This document shows positions 12,726-27,786 of a stretch of 64,000 bases of DNA, in pieces. Within the stretch, counting starts at the first letter, position 1. Each line of letters begins with the position of its first letter. The notes below the pieces were generated by a model. It was not told the origin of the DNA. It searched no databases and worked only from the letters and a program-made list of their open reading frames with translations. The position numbers and the translations under genes were made by a program. Source of the DNA: Octopus vulgaris (taxonomy: Eukaryota); contig OX597815.1 of NCBI GenBank assembly GCA_951406725.2, positions 198,772,001 through 198,836,000 of the forward strand, given 5' to 3'.

Positions 12726-13456
12726 GCGTGTGTGCATGCGAATGAGTAATATGCGGATACAGAGAATCGTGCAGCCATAATGCTAACTATATATTCACCT
12801 CACACTCCTCTTGTCTTTAGGTTTATATAGACATGAAAAATGCGTATGTGTGTATACGTGTATGTATGCGTGTGTCTTTGTGTCTGTCCCATCCACCGCT
12901 TGACATCCTGTGTTTCTTTAAGCGCTTGTTATCTAACCGTTCGACAAAAGACAGACAGAATAAGTTAAAGACTTGAAAAGAAATACTGGGGTTGATTTTT
13001 TTCGACTAAATCCCTCAAGTAAGAGTTGTCCGACAAAACCCTTAATTAAAGAGATGCCACAGCATGCCAGAAGTTCAGAGAAATAGTTAAGAGATATTAT
13101 GCATGATAGGACACAATACTATAATTCTGTTCTACTTTGTACTGACAGTAAATAACTATTAGCTACTAATCTCTTAAGAGTATAAGCAATGAATTAACTA
13201 TCTTTGATAAACTAAGAAATGCGGAATATATTCAAACAGGTCACCTTCGCTGTACACAAAGCAATAGTGAAAAATAAAGACATTTCGTTTAATCATTGTA
13301 AATACTTTTCTCAGTGAAGCTAGATATGAATTTAAAGAAGAGAAAAAAGGCATTTACAGAATAAGAATTTTAGCGTAGATCTTTATTTTATCCTAATACT
13401 GTGTATCTAATACGTGTAAGTGATTTGCTTTGTATGTCTGTCTATATATATACAGG

Positions 13457-13623
13457 GGCGTAGGAGTGGCTTTGTGGTAAGTAGCTTGCTTAGGAACTAC
13501 ATGGTTCCGGGTTCAGTCCCACTGCGTGGCACCTTGGACAAGTGTCTTCTATTATACCCTCCGACCAACCAAACCCTTGTGAGTGGACTTGGTAGACGGA
13601 AACTGAAAGAAGCCCGTCGTATG

Positions 13624-13654
<31 letters not shown>

Positions 13655-13854
13655 CTATGTTTGTCTCTGCAGCATCGCTTGACAACCGATTTTGGTCTGT
13701 TTACGTTCCCGTAATCTAGCAGTTCGGCAAAAGAAACCGATAGAATAAGTACCAGGCTTACAAAGAATAAGTCCTGGGGTCGATGTGCTCGACTAAAGGC
13801 GGTGCTCCCGCATGGCCACAGTCAAATGACTGAAACAAGTAAAAGAGTAAAAGA

Positions 13855-13855
<1 letters not shown>
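13457..13855 (+). mobile_element. SINE S1, full length
   Basis: Pol III A/B-box-like head, CCTTGGACAAGTG central motif, internal (TA)/(TG)n, and (GTAAAAGA)n tail; more than 10 copies in the window. Confidence 0.92.
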
Positions 13856-13905
<50 letters not shown>

Positions 13906-14154
13906 TATGCACAGAGACAGTCCTGTGTTTGTTACTAACATTGACCCTCCTCAAAATCTCAAATTTTTTTTGGTTCGAGGTGGCAACTGCTTTTCGAAGC
14001 CTCATATTGTCGTTAATTGCTCGAGATGCGGAGTAGATGAACAGCCGTCAAGTGATGAAGGGTCGTTCTTTATGTAACTTGTCTTGTTTCCACTTGTTTC
14101 TCTCGTTGTTCGCATACCCAAGGTTGCCTTCGTAATTCATGTTTTTGTAATTCA

Positions 14155-14464
14155 TTCGGGAACTGAGAGAAGCACGTCATGTGTGTGTGTGTGTGTGTGA
14201 GTGTGTGTGTGTGTGTAAGTGTGTGTGTGTATGTGTGCGTGTGTGTGTGTGTGTTTGTGTGTCTGTTTATGTGTTTGTGTGTCTGTGTTTGTCTCTCCAT
14301 CAACACTTGACAACTGATGTCGATGTGTTTACGTCTCCGTAACATAGCGGTTCGGAAAAACTGATCGATATGATACGTACAAGTCTCACAAAGAATAAGT
14401 CATTGAGTCGATTTGACTAAATGCGGTGCTCCAGCATGGCTGCAGTCAACTGGCGGAAACAAAT
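14155..14464 (+). mobile_element. SINE S1, diverged 3' part
   Basis: Similarity to the 13457-13855 copy. Confidence 0.8.
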
Positions 14465-14626
14465 ATTAGAATTGAATATGTATGTATGTAGGTATATATA
14501 TATATTAATATCAAGGGCTCTTACTATCCTTAAAAGCAACAAGCTTTAATGGGACTCTAAAGTGAAACTACGTCAATAAGTACATACAAGCGTCGACAGT
14601 GTATATATATATAGATAGGTAGATAA

Positions 14627-14687
<61 letters not shown>

Positions 14688-14720
14688 CAGAGACACAGAC
14701 AGAGAGACAAACAGATATAT

Positions 14721-14767
<47 letters not shown>

Positions 14768-15121
14768 CATACATATATATGCATAGATACATACACACAT
14801 ATACAGATACATATATATATGCATACATACATACGTGAAGTTGCTCACACTGATGCATAAACATTAATCAGGAATCACGAGTTTCTGTGTGGCTAGCCTG
14901 AGGATGTTTTGTAATAAACTGTAAAAAGCAATTCCACTTACAAAACAGAAAACGACATTTTATTGATTACACACTCCTATGGCATTAGCTTCAATGAGTT
15001 ATTCTGCTTACATCTATATACTATGCCAATATGACAGTAATATTTCGGACAACAGTTGTCGCTCATCGTAATGCGTCTAAGTAGCTGCATATGTTGTTAT
15101 TATATATATATATGTATGTGT

Positions 15122-15189
<68 letters not shown>

Positions 15190-15360
15190 GTATGTATATA
15201 TATATGTATATATATATACATTTATATAAATACACATATATATGTATGCACATATATGTACATATATATATACATATGATATACATGTATGTGTGTGTAT
15301 ATATATATATACATACATACATAACCATATGCATCATTCTCTATTCATATATATTATATA

Positions 15361-15409
<49 letters not shown>

Positions 15410-15418
15410 GTATATATC

Positions 15419-15469
<51 letters not shown>

Positions 15470-15558
15470 ATACGTAGATATATTTATTATGTGTGCGTGT
15501 ATGTTTACTGATAGGTAAGTTGCTAGGTATACACATACATATGGCGTACAAAATGAGA

Positions 15559-15602
<44 letters not shown>

Positions 15603-15919
15603 CTGAAGGAGAGAGAAATCACATGTTTGAATTTCTGTCTTCAGGTACATAGTAGATCACGAGTTATGTGTTGCAATGTTTATCAGTCTGCGCTCAATTA
15701 GTTGGCTTCAGCGTAGTGAAAATATTTCACATTTAGCGAAAATAGCAATCACGTACTCACTTTATCGGAAACATTCTTTGAAACAAGTATTTCAGCCGAT
15801 CAAAAAGCAGGACAAGGGTTTGTTTTTTGGGGGGTTTTTTTTGGGGGGGGTCGTTGGAGTGGGTCCTTACGATTTAATGATGTCCCATGGGAACCAGTAT
15901 ATAAAGTATGGTCGATTAT

Positions 15920-17065
15920 TATTTAATTGCGACCGGGTTCCAATCCCGGCTGTGGTAACAACTCGAATCTGCCACACTTTTCGGTTCATCATCACTGCCT
16001 CAAGGTCCTGGATACATTCTGCACCAGTGTCAGCGATCAAATTTTTTTATGTGAGAAAGATGAAGCTTTTCTCTTCTTACATTACCATGAAGTGGGTTCC
16101 ACAAGACTAATTCGAGTGCTTCCGGTTCAGGGTGACGCACACATTGACCTGACAGTCGCAGCCATCTTTGCCTGATTTTCTTGCTAACTTTCGGCAGGTT
16201 TCCATAAAGGTATGACTTTTCACAATTAGGACCATTCGTAGCATCCTTGTGCAGCATCCACGTAAGCCGTTCAAGAATTTGGACCTGGAGATCTCCATTT
16301 CCAGCGACATCAAGGGCCACCTCCCAGTGGTGTTGGTCGTCAGCAAGAAGCCCTCGAGTACAACAAGACGACCAAATTTTTTTTTCCAAGGTCTGGGGTC
16401 TCCCGCCCCTAAGTCCTAGACCATCACCTAATCACCCTTACCCGTCTTGTTGCTTAACAACAACAACAACAGTAGCCACTTAACTTGTTTGATAATTCCT
16501 TTGTCACTGTTCATATTCCACTTCAGATGAGCCGACGGTTATGTCCTCTTTCTGAAAATAACTAATAAGAAGCAATTTCTGAAGTAGCGACGACGTTTTT
16601 TGCTTGTTACATCACCATAAAGTGGGTTCCACATGACTACTTTTGGTGCTTCCTGTTCAGAATGACGCACACATTGAGCTGACAGTCGCAGCCATCTTTG
16701 CCTGATTTTCTTGCTAACTTTCGGCAGGTTTCCATAAAGGTATTCCTTGTCAGATGTTGCTACCACTTCACAATTAGGGCCATTCATAGCATCCTTGTAC
16801 AGCAGTCACTTAACTTGTTTGATAATTTCTCTGTCAGTGTTCATATTCCACTTCAGCTTCCTCAACACTCGGGGTAATTTTTACAAAATATATACATCAT
16901 ATTCGTAAAATGGGGCATGTCCAATAGGACAATACTGCAGATGCTCCGACGGTTATGTCATCTTTCGGAAAATAGCCAATAAGAAGCAATTTCTTATTGG
17001 TTATTTAAAGGGAAAATATTTAACAAAATATTTATTTACAATATATATATATAACAATATATTTA

Positions 17066-17098
<33 letters not shown>

Positions 17099-17583
17099 AC
17101 AATATATATATTACAATATATATAACAATATATTTATTTAACAAGAGAAAAACGACGACGTTTTTCTCTTGCTACATCACCATAAAGTGGGTTCCACATG
17201 ACTAATCTAGATGCTTCCGGTTCAGGTTCATGCACACATTGACTTGACAGTCGCAGCCATCTTTGCCTGATTTTCTTTCTAACTGTCGGTAGGCTTCCGT
17301 AAAGGCATTCCTTTGTCATGTGTTGCTACCATTTCAAAATTGTTGGCCATTCCTAGCAACCTTATGCAGCAGCCAATTAAAACCCGTTTGATAATTTCTT
17401 TGTCAGTGTCCATGGTCCACTTCAACCGCCTCGACATTCGGGGTGATTTTTTAGCTTGCTTACCAACCACATGGTTCCAGATTCATTCCCACTGCGTTGC
17501 GGCAAGTGTCTTCTACTATAGCCTCAGGCCGACCAAAGCCTTGTGAGTGGATTTTGTAGACGGAAACTGAAAGAAGCCCGTCG

Positions 17584-17676
<93 letters not shown>

Positions 17677-18015
17677 CTGTGTCTGTGTGTCTGTGTTTGT
17701 CCCCGCAGCATCGCTTGACAACCGATGCTGGTGTGTTTACATCTCCTTAACTTAGCGGTTCGGCAAAAGAGCCCGATAGAATAAGTACTAGGCTTACAAA
17801 GTACAATTCCTGGGGTAGATTTGCTCGACTAAAGGCGGTGCTCCAACATGGCCCCAGTCAAATGACTGAAACAAGTAAAAGAATAACAGAGTAAATATAC
17901 ACATCACATTCGTAAAACGGAGCATGTCCAATAGGACAAATCTTTAGATGAGCCGACGGTTATGTCATCTTTCTGAAGATGACCAATAAGAAGCAATTTC
18001 TGAAGAAGCGTACGT
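15920..18015 (-). mobile_element. Tandem array (~540-570-bp unit, ~3 copies) of an RTE-clade LINE 3' region
   Basis: Variants of LYGNLPKVSKKIRQRWLRLS.QCVRH...WNPL.G occur three times. First copy ends LIADTG...MMNRKVWQIRV. Spacer ccgacggttatgtc recurs at ~16532, 16946 and 17953. Confidence 0.85.
17452..17886 (+). mobile_element. SINE S1 inserted in the RTE array
   Basis: Similarity to 13457-13855. Confidence 0.92.
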
Positions 18016-18029
18016 TGCTGGTTTATTTC

Positions 18030-18276
18030 GGCGCGTGGATTAGTGGTGTAGGCATTCGGCTCACAATCGTAAGGTCGTGAGTTCGATAGCCAGCAGCGCG
18101 TTGTGTCCTTAAGCAAGTCATTTATATCACTTTATTCTAGTACATTTAGCGAGCCAAAATCAGTAATACCTGAATTTCAATGGGTTAGCTTTATCACATT
18201 CTGTGTCACGCTGAATCTCCCTGGAAACAATGTAAGTGAACAATATCATTTATCCATATTACTACTACTACTACTT

Positions 18277-18332
<56 letters not shown>

Positions 18333-18440
18333 GTAGCTGTCTGTGGAGTGCTCAGCCACTTTCACATTAATTTCATGTGCAAGCTATTCCGTTGATCGAA
18401 TCACCTGAAACACTCGTCGTCGTAAACGGCGGAGTACCTG
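18030..18440 (+). mobile_element. tRNA-derived SINE with internal (CTA)n
   Basis: GGCGCGTGGATTAGTGG...GAGTTCGAT head followed by GTGTCCTTAAGCAAG. Confidence 0.7.
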
Positions 18441-19476
18441 TACATCTTGTCTGCATAATCAAGTGATTTTTGTTTCTTTGCCCAGAAGTCATATTTCCTG
18501 TTAGTATCTACTACATGGTGGTATGGGTATATTTTAGCTTATTCATGCGTAAATATTTATTTATTTATTCTGGATGTAAAAATCCTCAAAAAATCCCAGT
18601 CCTCGATCAGACATATGTGATTGACTGTTATGAATAATGAATGCAATTATAAGAACTCTAAGAGTCTTGCCATGGTTTTAACAAGTATCAATATTATATA
18701 AACAACGCATTTCGAATAATTAGTTAGTCGCGGAAAGGTAACGTAAATATATAAGATTTAAGGCAGAATTTATCGTCAACGGATAAAGGAATATGAATGA
18801 TGTGTTTGGAAGGAGGCTTTACATTGTTTTTCCCTATCGTCCAAACACTAGCCACGCTGGTGATTGCCGTGGGCGTTGCTGCTTTTGTTTTTCATTGTTT
18901 TCTATTTTGTGTTTTTTTTTTTATTGTAAATAGTTTAATGGAACAGAAAGAGCTGAAAGCATTGAAGCATCGATGCATTAAAGCATTGAGGCCTTGAGCT
19001 GATGTAAAGGCTTTTTTAATGAAATGAAGTCGTGTAATACGGTGTATTGTTGCTAATGTTAGAATATAGCACAGTTTGTAATACAGCATGATGCAGAGTT
19101 TGGAGTACTTCCAAGATATTTCATATTTCTACTGAATGCTGGTTTATGTCCCAAAGCTACAACATATTCTAAGCATTGCAAATACTTCCATATAATAACA
19201 TCTTTGGTTTGTTCATTTCTGGTATGTCTACGCATGCATGTATATGTATGAATGTATGTATGTATGTATGTATGTATCTTTATATAAATATATATATGTA
19301 TGTGTGCGTGTATAAATGCTTGTGCATGTGTGAGTGTATATTTATATATATACACATACATAACATATATACACATGATATATATAGATATACGTAATAT
19401 ATATATGTTTACATATATATAATATGCATGTGTATATATCTATATATTTATATAGACATAGATATATATAGAAATA

Positions 19477-19507
<31 letters not shown>

Positions 19508-19519
19508 GTATATATATAT

Positions 19520-19584
<65 letters not shown>

Positions 19585-19699
19585 TATATGAATGTATGTA
19601 TGTATATACACACATGCATGCATATATATTCTATTGCCTGGCATTGCATGGTTGTAGATAGGCAAATTGCCAGATTAATGTTGGACGTGTGACTCTGGC

Positions 19700-20571
19700 G
19701 GTGGTAATGTTCATTTTGTTGTTGGTTTTGGTAGTGCTTTGGTGGTGGCGGTGGCGATGGAGGTGGCGGCGGCAGCGAGGTGGTGGTGGTGGTGGGGGGT
19801 AATGGTGGTGGTGGTGGTCGTCGTCGTCGTGGTTGTGGTAATGGTGGTGGTTGTGGTAATAGTGGTGGTGGTCGTGGTGGTGGTCGTGGTGGTCGTGGTC
19901 GTGGTCGTGGTCGTGGTGGTGTAGGTGGTGGTGGTGGTGCTGGTAGTTAAAGTGTTGGTGGTGCTACTGTGGGTGTCATTGACAGGATGGTAGTGGTTTT
20001 AAGGCGGCGAGCTGGCAGAAACGTTAGCACGCCGGGCGAAATGCTTAGCGGTATTTCGGCTGCCGTTACGTCGTGAGTTCAAATTCCGCCGAGGTCGACT
20101 TTGCCTTTCATCCTTTCGGGGTCGATAAATTAAGTACCAGTTACGCACTGGGGTCGATGTAATTGACTTAATCCGTTTGTCTGTCCTTGTTTGTCCTCTC
20201 CGTGTTTAGCCCCGTGTGGGTAGTAAAGAAATAGGTAGTGGTTTTGTTGCTGGCGTGGTCGTGATTGTCGGGAGGATATTCGTGGTGGTTGTGGTGGTGG
20301 TGGTAGTAGTTGTTGTAGTGGTGATGGTTGTGGTGTTGGAGGTGACGGTTGCTCTGTGGCTGCAACGCTGATGTTAGTTGTAGTAGTTGTGATATTGATG
20401 TTAGCTGTGGTGACGGTGTAAGTGGTGGCGCTGAATAGATTGATGGTCATTGTAATGATGGGCGCTGAGGGTAGACTTAGTGGTCGACAGCATGACGATG
20501 ATGGCATTGATATCAGTGGGACTACTGGTGAGCATGCTGACGCTGATCACACAAGTAGCAGTAGTTGTAGC

Positions 20572-20639
<68 letters not shown>

Positions 20640-20985
20640 CAGCAGCAGTAGTAGCAGCAGCAGCAGTAGTAGTAGTAGTAGCAGCAGTAGTAGTAGTAGT
20701 AGCAAGCAGCAGCAGCACCACCAGGAGGAGGAGGAAGGGTGATAGTAGGAGTAGTAGCAGCAGCAGCAACAGCAGCAGCAGTAGTAGTACTAGTTGTAGC
20801 AGGAGGAGGAGAGAGGAGAAGAGGAGGAAAGGTTGTAGTAGTAGTAGTAGGAAGAGGAGGAGGGGGACGAAGAAGGTGGTAGTAGAATCAGTAGTAGTAG
20901 TAGTAGGAGGAGGAGGAGGAGGAGGAGGATTAGGAGCGGTAGCAGCACCAGTAGCAGTAGCAGTGGTAGTAGTAGTAGTAGCAGC

Positions 20986-21023
<38 letters not shown>

Positions 21024-21060
21024 GATTGATATTGTTGTTGATGCTGTTGGTGTTAGTGAT
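19700..21060. repeat. (GGT)n/(GTA)n/(GCA)n low-complexity block
   Basis: Direct reading. Confidence 0.95.
20001..20236 (+). mobile_element. SINE family S2 (central domain resembles the MetaSINE/Sauria-type domain)
   Basis: GGCGAGCTGGCAGAA head, GAGTTCAAATTCC B box, GCCTTTCATCCTTTCGGGGTCGATAAA; many copies. Confidence 0.9.
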
Positions 21061-21342
21061 GGTAGTTGAGGTGATGGCCTTACTATTGATAAATGATATT
21101 GTTCACTCTAGACCATCGCTAACTCGGCAGAAGACATCCAAGCCGACCGTAACCATCCCGTCTCCATCGGAATACCCATAGTTGCATTATCCAATGTATC
21201 TTTCTAGTTTTAAGACGGAATTATGTCATTTAATGGATATCTAGTCGCTATTTCTCGAAGGCACATTGCCTACATAGAATCTTCTTCGTTGATGTTGCTA
21301 CTGTTTTCGAATCATTATCACAGCTGTTTATACAACGTGTGT

Positions 21343-21600
21343 GGAGGCACGTGGCTTAGTGATTAGGATGTCAGCATCATGATCGTAAGATTGTGGTTTC
21401 GATTCCTGGACCGGGCGACGCGATGTGTTCTTGAGCAAAACACTTCAGTTCACGTTGCTCCAGTCCACTCAGCTGGCAAAAATGAGTAACGCTACGATGG
21501 ACTGGCGTCCCGTCCAGCTGGGGAACACATATACCATAGAAACCGAGAAACCGGGCCCATGAGCTTGGCTAGGCTTTAAAAGAGTGCATTTATTTATTTT
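21343..21600 (+). mobile_element. SINE family S3 (V-domain-like)
   Basis: tRNA head plus GATGGACTGGCGTCCCGTCCAG; second copy at 41864-42119. Confidence 0.85.
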
Positions 21601-22048
21601 ATTATACAGCGTTTACCGATTCTTCTCGTACATAGACTATGGACATGAATGACGTTCATGTAAGATTTTATATAATTTTTACCCAGCACAGGCAGGTAAT
21701 TCCTTTCCTAAATTTATCGAATCCGTGTCAGGTTTTGAATAAATACTCCTACACTGAATCATATTATAAATGATATATATGTATTACCCTGGTTGCCTCT
21801 GAGCCCTTGTGGTAAACAAAAAAGAAATCGTTATTGCTGATATATTACTGGAGAGAAGTACCATCTCAGCAGAGTTTAAAAAATAATCTATCTTTATTTT
21901 CTGCCTGTCCGAATAAAAATGGCTAGTGGCCCAAACTCAACAACAAACCGTTATTTTCCTTTCTATCTCTGTAATTCTATGGCAAGTTAGACACACAGGA
22001 ACACAGATACTCCAACACACGAAAACGCACATACATACATACATACAA

Positions 22049-22114
<66 letters not shown>

Positions 22115-22299
22115 GCATATATATATACATAAAAACATACACCTATACGTACACACAAACGCATCCATTCACATACAGACACATACGCACACACACGCAC
22201 ATATATACACGTATTGTGACGTTATTTCCTTTCCTAGAAGCTATATAGTTCGGAAGCGATGGAAAACATACTTCGGACATCGTTCAGAGGCAATAACAT

Positions 22300-22893
<594 letters not shown>

Positions 22894-23099
22894 GCAATAC
22901 AATAATGTCTGCAACAACGACATCAACGGTAGGAATTGGTCCTGGAGCATCAACATAGACAAGTTGACGATCAAATAGCTTTCAATTTTACCTTTCATCT
23001 TTTCTAATATAAATTTTTTGCCCTTACACCTTTTCTATTTGAACAGTTCCCTTTTCCATTCTTAGAAACTTACATCCCCTTTCAAATTTCAACATTCAG

Positions 23100-23186
<87 letters not shown>

Positions 23187-23384
23187 TCTCTCTCTCTGTC
23201 GTTCTTTTGCACGCATACAAAAATTAATTACATACACGTACATATACATCTACATAAATTCATATGCGTGTGTATGTGTATGTGTATATATGGGGAGTGC
23301 ATCTATGTGTGTGTATGTGTATAGTGTATATGTATATAGCTTTACACACGCTCATATATACTTCCGCAAACTTACTATACGAAC

Positions 23385-23415
<31 letters not shown>

Positions 23416-23421
23416 CAGACA

Positions 23422-23463
<42 letters not shown>

Positions 23464-23558
23464 TAAATGTAGGACGATGAAATGAGTGCTCAGCACCGCA
23501 TTGGTGGATAAATTATACATATATGTATATACTGACACTATACATAAACACATGCTAA

Positions 23559-23611
<53 letters not shown>

Positions 23612-23775
23612 TATATACACATATACATATATACATACATTGACCCAAGAGTGACTAAGAAATTCACTTTTGCAACTCAGTGGGTTTACGCTCAATCCCA
23701 CTTTGCGGTTCCTTTGACATGAGACTTCTGCTAAGAAACGGGACCATCGCATCCCTTTTGGGGGACACACTGTGA

Positions 23776-23834
<59 letters not shown>

Positions 23835-25052
23835 TTTGTATGTGTGTGTAATACTTCCTATTTTCTTTCGCTGTAAGTCGTACGTGTTACTCAGATAGCT
23901 TTTGATATCAAGAAAACCGTAGAGAAACTGCATGAAACGTATTATAGCCTGTGTCTGGCAGCCTTTAAGTTCCACAGTTGTGTCCTAGTTATTCAGACAC
24001 AGAACGATTTGATAAATAATCTCTCTTTGTGATATATCTTGCTGAATATGCGATCAGCTGTGATGACCTTCTGTTCCGTTTGATTTTCAACTGCCTGGCA
24101 TAACCTATAAATACACGCACGCTCGCACACGCACACACACAAACACATACACGTGTGCATTGTTTTATTATATGTGCGTGTGTGTGTCAGTGTGTCAGTG
24201 TGTGTGTTTGTGTGTATGTATGTATGTATAATTCAAAATACACAGTTTTATCGACCGCATGCCGATCTTAGTAATCGGGTTCACAAAGATAGTGTTAAAA
24301 CAGGTTAATACATAACTGCACGCTTTAATAACAATGCAACCTCGTCAGAGCCGGTTGGTATGGAAAGTAATATAGCAACCTTCCTCCGTTATTCGCGATG
24401 AAAAATCACATCCGGTTTCTAGGAAAAAAAGAATCTGAGCATATGACACATTTGGGGTCATGTGCGTTGGCTCTAAATGTCACGTTAGAATGTGAAAGCT
24501 ACAAGAGTTTTCTGAGAATGTATGAAGGGTCCGAGATTGTTATTCATCTACCGTTGTAAAATCTGTAGGGTTTTAATATGAGTAGGTCTTCTATTTGGGC
24601 ATGGAGTTGCTGGGTGGGTATCCAAAGGTTTCATCCCGTATGAGGGCTCATATATGTTTTGGGGATTCTTTGTATTTGTTTCAGATTCTCACGATATGTT
24701 GATGAAAAAGCCGAAGGTAGAGAACTAGTTGTTATATTCATGATGAGGCCCGTAGGCATTATAAAATATAACTTCTTTCATGTAAGCAAGGAATGAAAAT
24801 ATCATTCTGCGGTTTATCTGCGTGGTGAACTGTTTTAATATGGCTCTTTTCTTGGCTTTATATAATCTGCATTTTCTGCTGCTGTTAAAAGTAGCCTTGC
24901 AGTTCTGTAAGCTTATCGACTTATACTGCACATTGAGGGGCTTTCCTCTTACGGCCACACATGCCTAGCCAAGACTGTGTAATTTCTTCTTTCGGGCTAC
25001 AGAATGAATAGCTATGGCAATTGTGTAATCATGGCAATCTGGTCCTGACGTA

Positions 25053-25351
25053 ACCTATTTCTTTATTACCCACAAGGGGCTAAACACAGAGGGGACAAAC
25101 AAGGACAGACATAGGTATTAAGTCGATTACATCGACCCCAGTGCGTAACTGGTACTTGATTTATCGACCCCGAAAGGATGAAAGGCAAAGTCGACCTCGG
25201 CGGATTTGAACTCACAACGTAACGCAGACGAAATAATGCTAGGCATTTCGCCCGGCATGCTAACGTTTCTGCCAGCTGGCCGCCTTCGGCAGACGAAATA
25301 CCGCTAAGCATTTCGCCCGGCGTGCTAAAGTTTCTGCCAGCTGGCCGCCTT
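25053..25351 (-). mobile_element. SINE S2 with duplicated head
   Basis: Reverse complement of 20001-20236; head repeated at ~25225-25286 and ~25288-25351. Confidence 0.9.
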
Positions 25352-25713
25352 ATGTAACCATTCATCACTCCCACATAATTTCCCACTTTTCACGTTTTCT
25401 CTGGCTCGTACACACCCATAAGATAAGAGCCCCTTACTGCCTTAATCGCATTTATTGATCAATCTGGTAATTGATCGATTGACTAAAGTAGAGAACAAAG
25501 TCACTCGACTTATCTTCTTCAGATGAAAATCGCAGTGGTTGCGAGAAAGAATTGGGGGTGGGATATGTGTGAGTGTCTCTGCGCGCGAGTAGATCTTTCT
25601 GCTGTTTGTTCCGCCCAACGCTTGACAACTGGTGTTCGGTTTAATTCCGTGTAATATAACATTTTGGCGAAACAGAAAGACAGATTATGTACCAAACTTT
25701 TAAAAAATAAACA

Positions 25714-26215
25714 CGCGTAGGATCAGCAGTGTGGTAAGTAGCATGCTTACGAAGCACATGGTTCCAGGTTCAGTTCCACTGCGTGGCACCTTGGGCAAGT
25801 GCCTTCTACCCTAGCCTCAGGCCGACCAAAGCCTTGTGAGTGGATTTGGTAGACGGAAACTGAAAGAAGCCCGTCGTATATATGCATATATATATGTATG
25901 TGTGTGTATATGTTTATGTGTCTGTGTTTGCCCCCCCCCCCCCCACCGCAACGTCGCTTGACAACTGATGCTGGTGAGTTTACGTCCCCGTAACTTAGCG
26001 GTTCGGCAAAAGAGACCGATGAATAAGTACTAAGCTTACAAAGAATAAATCCTGGCATCGATTTGCTCGACTTAAGGTGGTGCTCCAGCATGGCTACAGT
26101 CACATGACTGAAAAAATGGTAAAAGAGTAAAAGAGTAAAGAGTGAAGTCGATTTGTTTGACCAAACCCTTCAAGGTGATACGCCAGCATGGTCGTAGTCC
26201 AATGACTGAAGAGAG
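25714..26215 (+). mobile_element. SINE S1 with an extra tail copy
   Basis: Similarity to 13457-13855. Confidence 0.9.
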
Positions 26216-26845
26216 AACAATTAATAGGTTAAAGTTACGCACGCATGCCCCCGCGCGAGTGTAATTTTTAAACAATTTTCGTCCACAAGGTTCAATATCA
26301 CAAAGCATTGATGTTACCGGGTCTCCAGGACAAAAGGCTTGCGGAAGGTTGCCGCCAAGTAAGTTCGAACGTGAAATTCCATGATTTTATAGCAAACTTG
26401 TTAGCCCCACAGCTTCATTTTCGTTATATTAGTTTCTTTTCTCTTATAATGAAGAGGTAAATATCAATCAAATTCTACAAGGATGTTTATATCAATCGAA
26501 ATTCGATGATGCTAAACCTTCCATGATATATATATATATATATATAGGATCTTCTATCAAGGCACTGCATAATTATGCTGACATTTAAATCCTCGTATAA
26601 TGTTAACACTTTCCTTGCAGACACCTGAATTGCTCCTATTCAAGCCCGCAAATATTTTTTTTTTGTTTTTTTGTGTTTTTTTTTTCTGTTTTTTTTTTTT
26701 CTGTTTTAGGTAGAACACATACATAAATGTCTATAATGATAACTGAAAAAACGTCCAAGAATTCGTGACACTTTAAATATTGTCTGTCTACTTTTTAGAT
26801 TTGCTTTTTTACGTTCATCATACACACACACATACTTACACACAC

Positions 26846-26910
<65 letters not shown>

Positions 26911-27786
26911 CAAATATACGGTTATGTGTGTGAGAGAGAGTACATGTGTGAGTGCGTTTATAGTTTGCGTGTATGTATAACGTATGTATAAATATAGGTA
27001 TAATTCTTTATATCTATATATATATACATATATAATTATATATATATATATATACATATGTACATATGTTTATACATTACACACAAACGCACACACACAT
27101 ACCCATAGACACAAACTCACACATACACACATATATATATATAGGTAGGTATGTAGTTAGGTAGATAGGTAGGTAGCTAGGTAGGTAGATACATACATAT
27201 CTACACACACACATACAAACACAAAAATTTAAAACTATTTCTTGTTTTCCCGATAGTTGTGCGTGCACGCATGTGTTCGCATCTGTGTGTACTCGGGTGT
27301 GGGTATGTATGTCTGCGTTTCTGTGTGACTATACCACTCATAAGAACTTCGTGGGAAAGCATCTCAAATTCATTCTGAGTGAAACAGATGGAATACACTG
27401 AGAGTACTCAACGTATATAACTTCCAAGTAGTTATATATTCGTCGTAGCTCAGATTGTATGTTATTCGATATAAAGGAAAGACTTGTGCTAATACAGTTC
27501 AGGCGTCTCCTGTAACATATTCTTTTCTTTTCGTTCATTTGGCTCAGGCCATGCTGTAGCACTGCCCTAAATGGTGTTTTAGTCGAAGGGCTTATTCTTT
27601 GTAAACCTAATACATATTTTATCGGTCCCCTTTGACGAACTGCTAATCATAAGTATGAGTGTGTGTGTGTGAGTGTGTGTGTGTGTGAGTGTGTGTTGCT
27701 TGCTTATGTATATGTGCATTTGTATTGCGCTTGCGTGCGCATATGCTTGTAGGAACATCACCGCCACAGATGTGGAAGTGATACTC

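Noticed and set aside
24240-25000. Possible LINE endonuclease relic (YNAYGP, NAHDP on the minus strand)
   Set aside because: Motif spacing is wrong and there is no further support.
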